DNA of 63,834 nucleotides, filler included, from Lama guanicoe (Eukaryota): assembly GCA_013239625.1 (NCBI GenBank). It is 175 parts of 175 records of this genome, joined end to end, with 100 filler letters (N's around TTAATTAATTAA, not from the genome) between each part and the next. Parts side by side here need not be neighbours in the genome. Positions count along the whole stretch, not along the records: positions 63,569 to 63,834 come from PNXV01050851.1; 174 more parts are not named here. One strand, written 5' to 3'. This document shows, piece after piece, positions 63,569-63,834 of this stretch (within the stretch, counting starts at the first letter, position 1; each line of letters starts with the position of its first letter). Under the pieces are notes generated by a model. It had not been told where the DNA came from and made no database searches. It saw only the letters and a list, made by a program, of their open reading frames with translations. Position numbers and translations under genes: made by a program.

Positions 63569-63834
63569 CAGACACATAGATCAATGGAACAGAACAGAGA
63601 GCCCAGAAATAAACCCAAACACTTGTGGCCAATTAATCAATGACAAAGGAGGCAAGAATACACAATGGAGAAAACACAGACTGTCCAATAAGTGGTGCTA
63701 GGAAAGCTGGACAGCTACATATTAAAGAATGAAACTAGAGCATTTTCTACCATCATACATAAAAATAAACTCAAAATAGATTAAAGACCTACAAGTAAGA
63801 CCAGATATTATAAAACTCCTAGAAGAAAACATAG
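63569..63834 (+). mobile_element. LINE-1 ORF2 fragment
   Basis: Encodes [46 protein letters not shown]..., an L1 ORF2 signature with in-frame stops. Confidence 0.93.

Overview
This window is not contiguous genomic DNA. It is an artificial pseudo-scaffold of 175 unrelated 263-266 bp contigs joined by 174 identical 100-nt spacers (44 N + TTAATTAATTAA + 44 N; the 12-mer puts a stop codon in all six frames). The contigs are size-sorted: a 265-bp class up to 38587 and a 266-bp class from 38688. The real sequence is mammalian, most likely camelid, judging by Vic-1-type tRNA-derived SINEs and lineage-type L1 3' ends. It is mostly decayed L1, L2, MIR, MLT/ERV LTR and MER fragments. Recognisable non-TE content is two olfactory receptor gene fragments (an OR8U8-like C-terminus and an OR4A-like N-terminus), several CpG-island/promoter pieces, three diverged monomers of one ~245-249 bp satellite, two degenerate telomere-like hexamer junctions, microsatellites, and a few TpA-rich fragments that may be non-mammalian contaminants. 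Almost all ORFs in the supplied track are artefacts running into N runs or the linker ('X...LIN'). I find no support for a novel multi-gene system, and neighbourhood between fragments has no biological meaning. Repeat family names come from recalled consensus motifs, not database searches.
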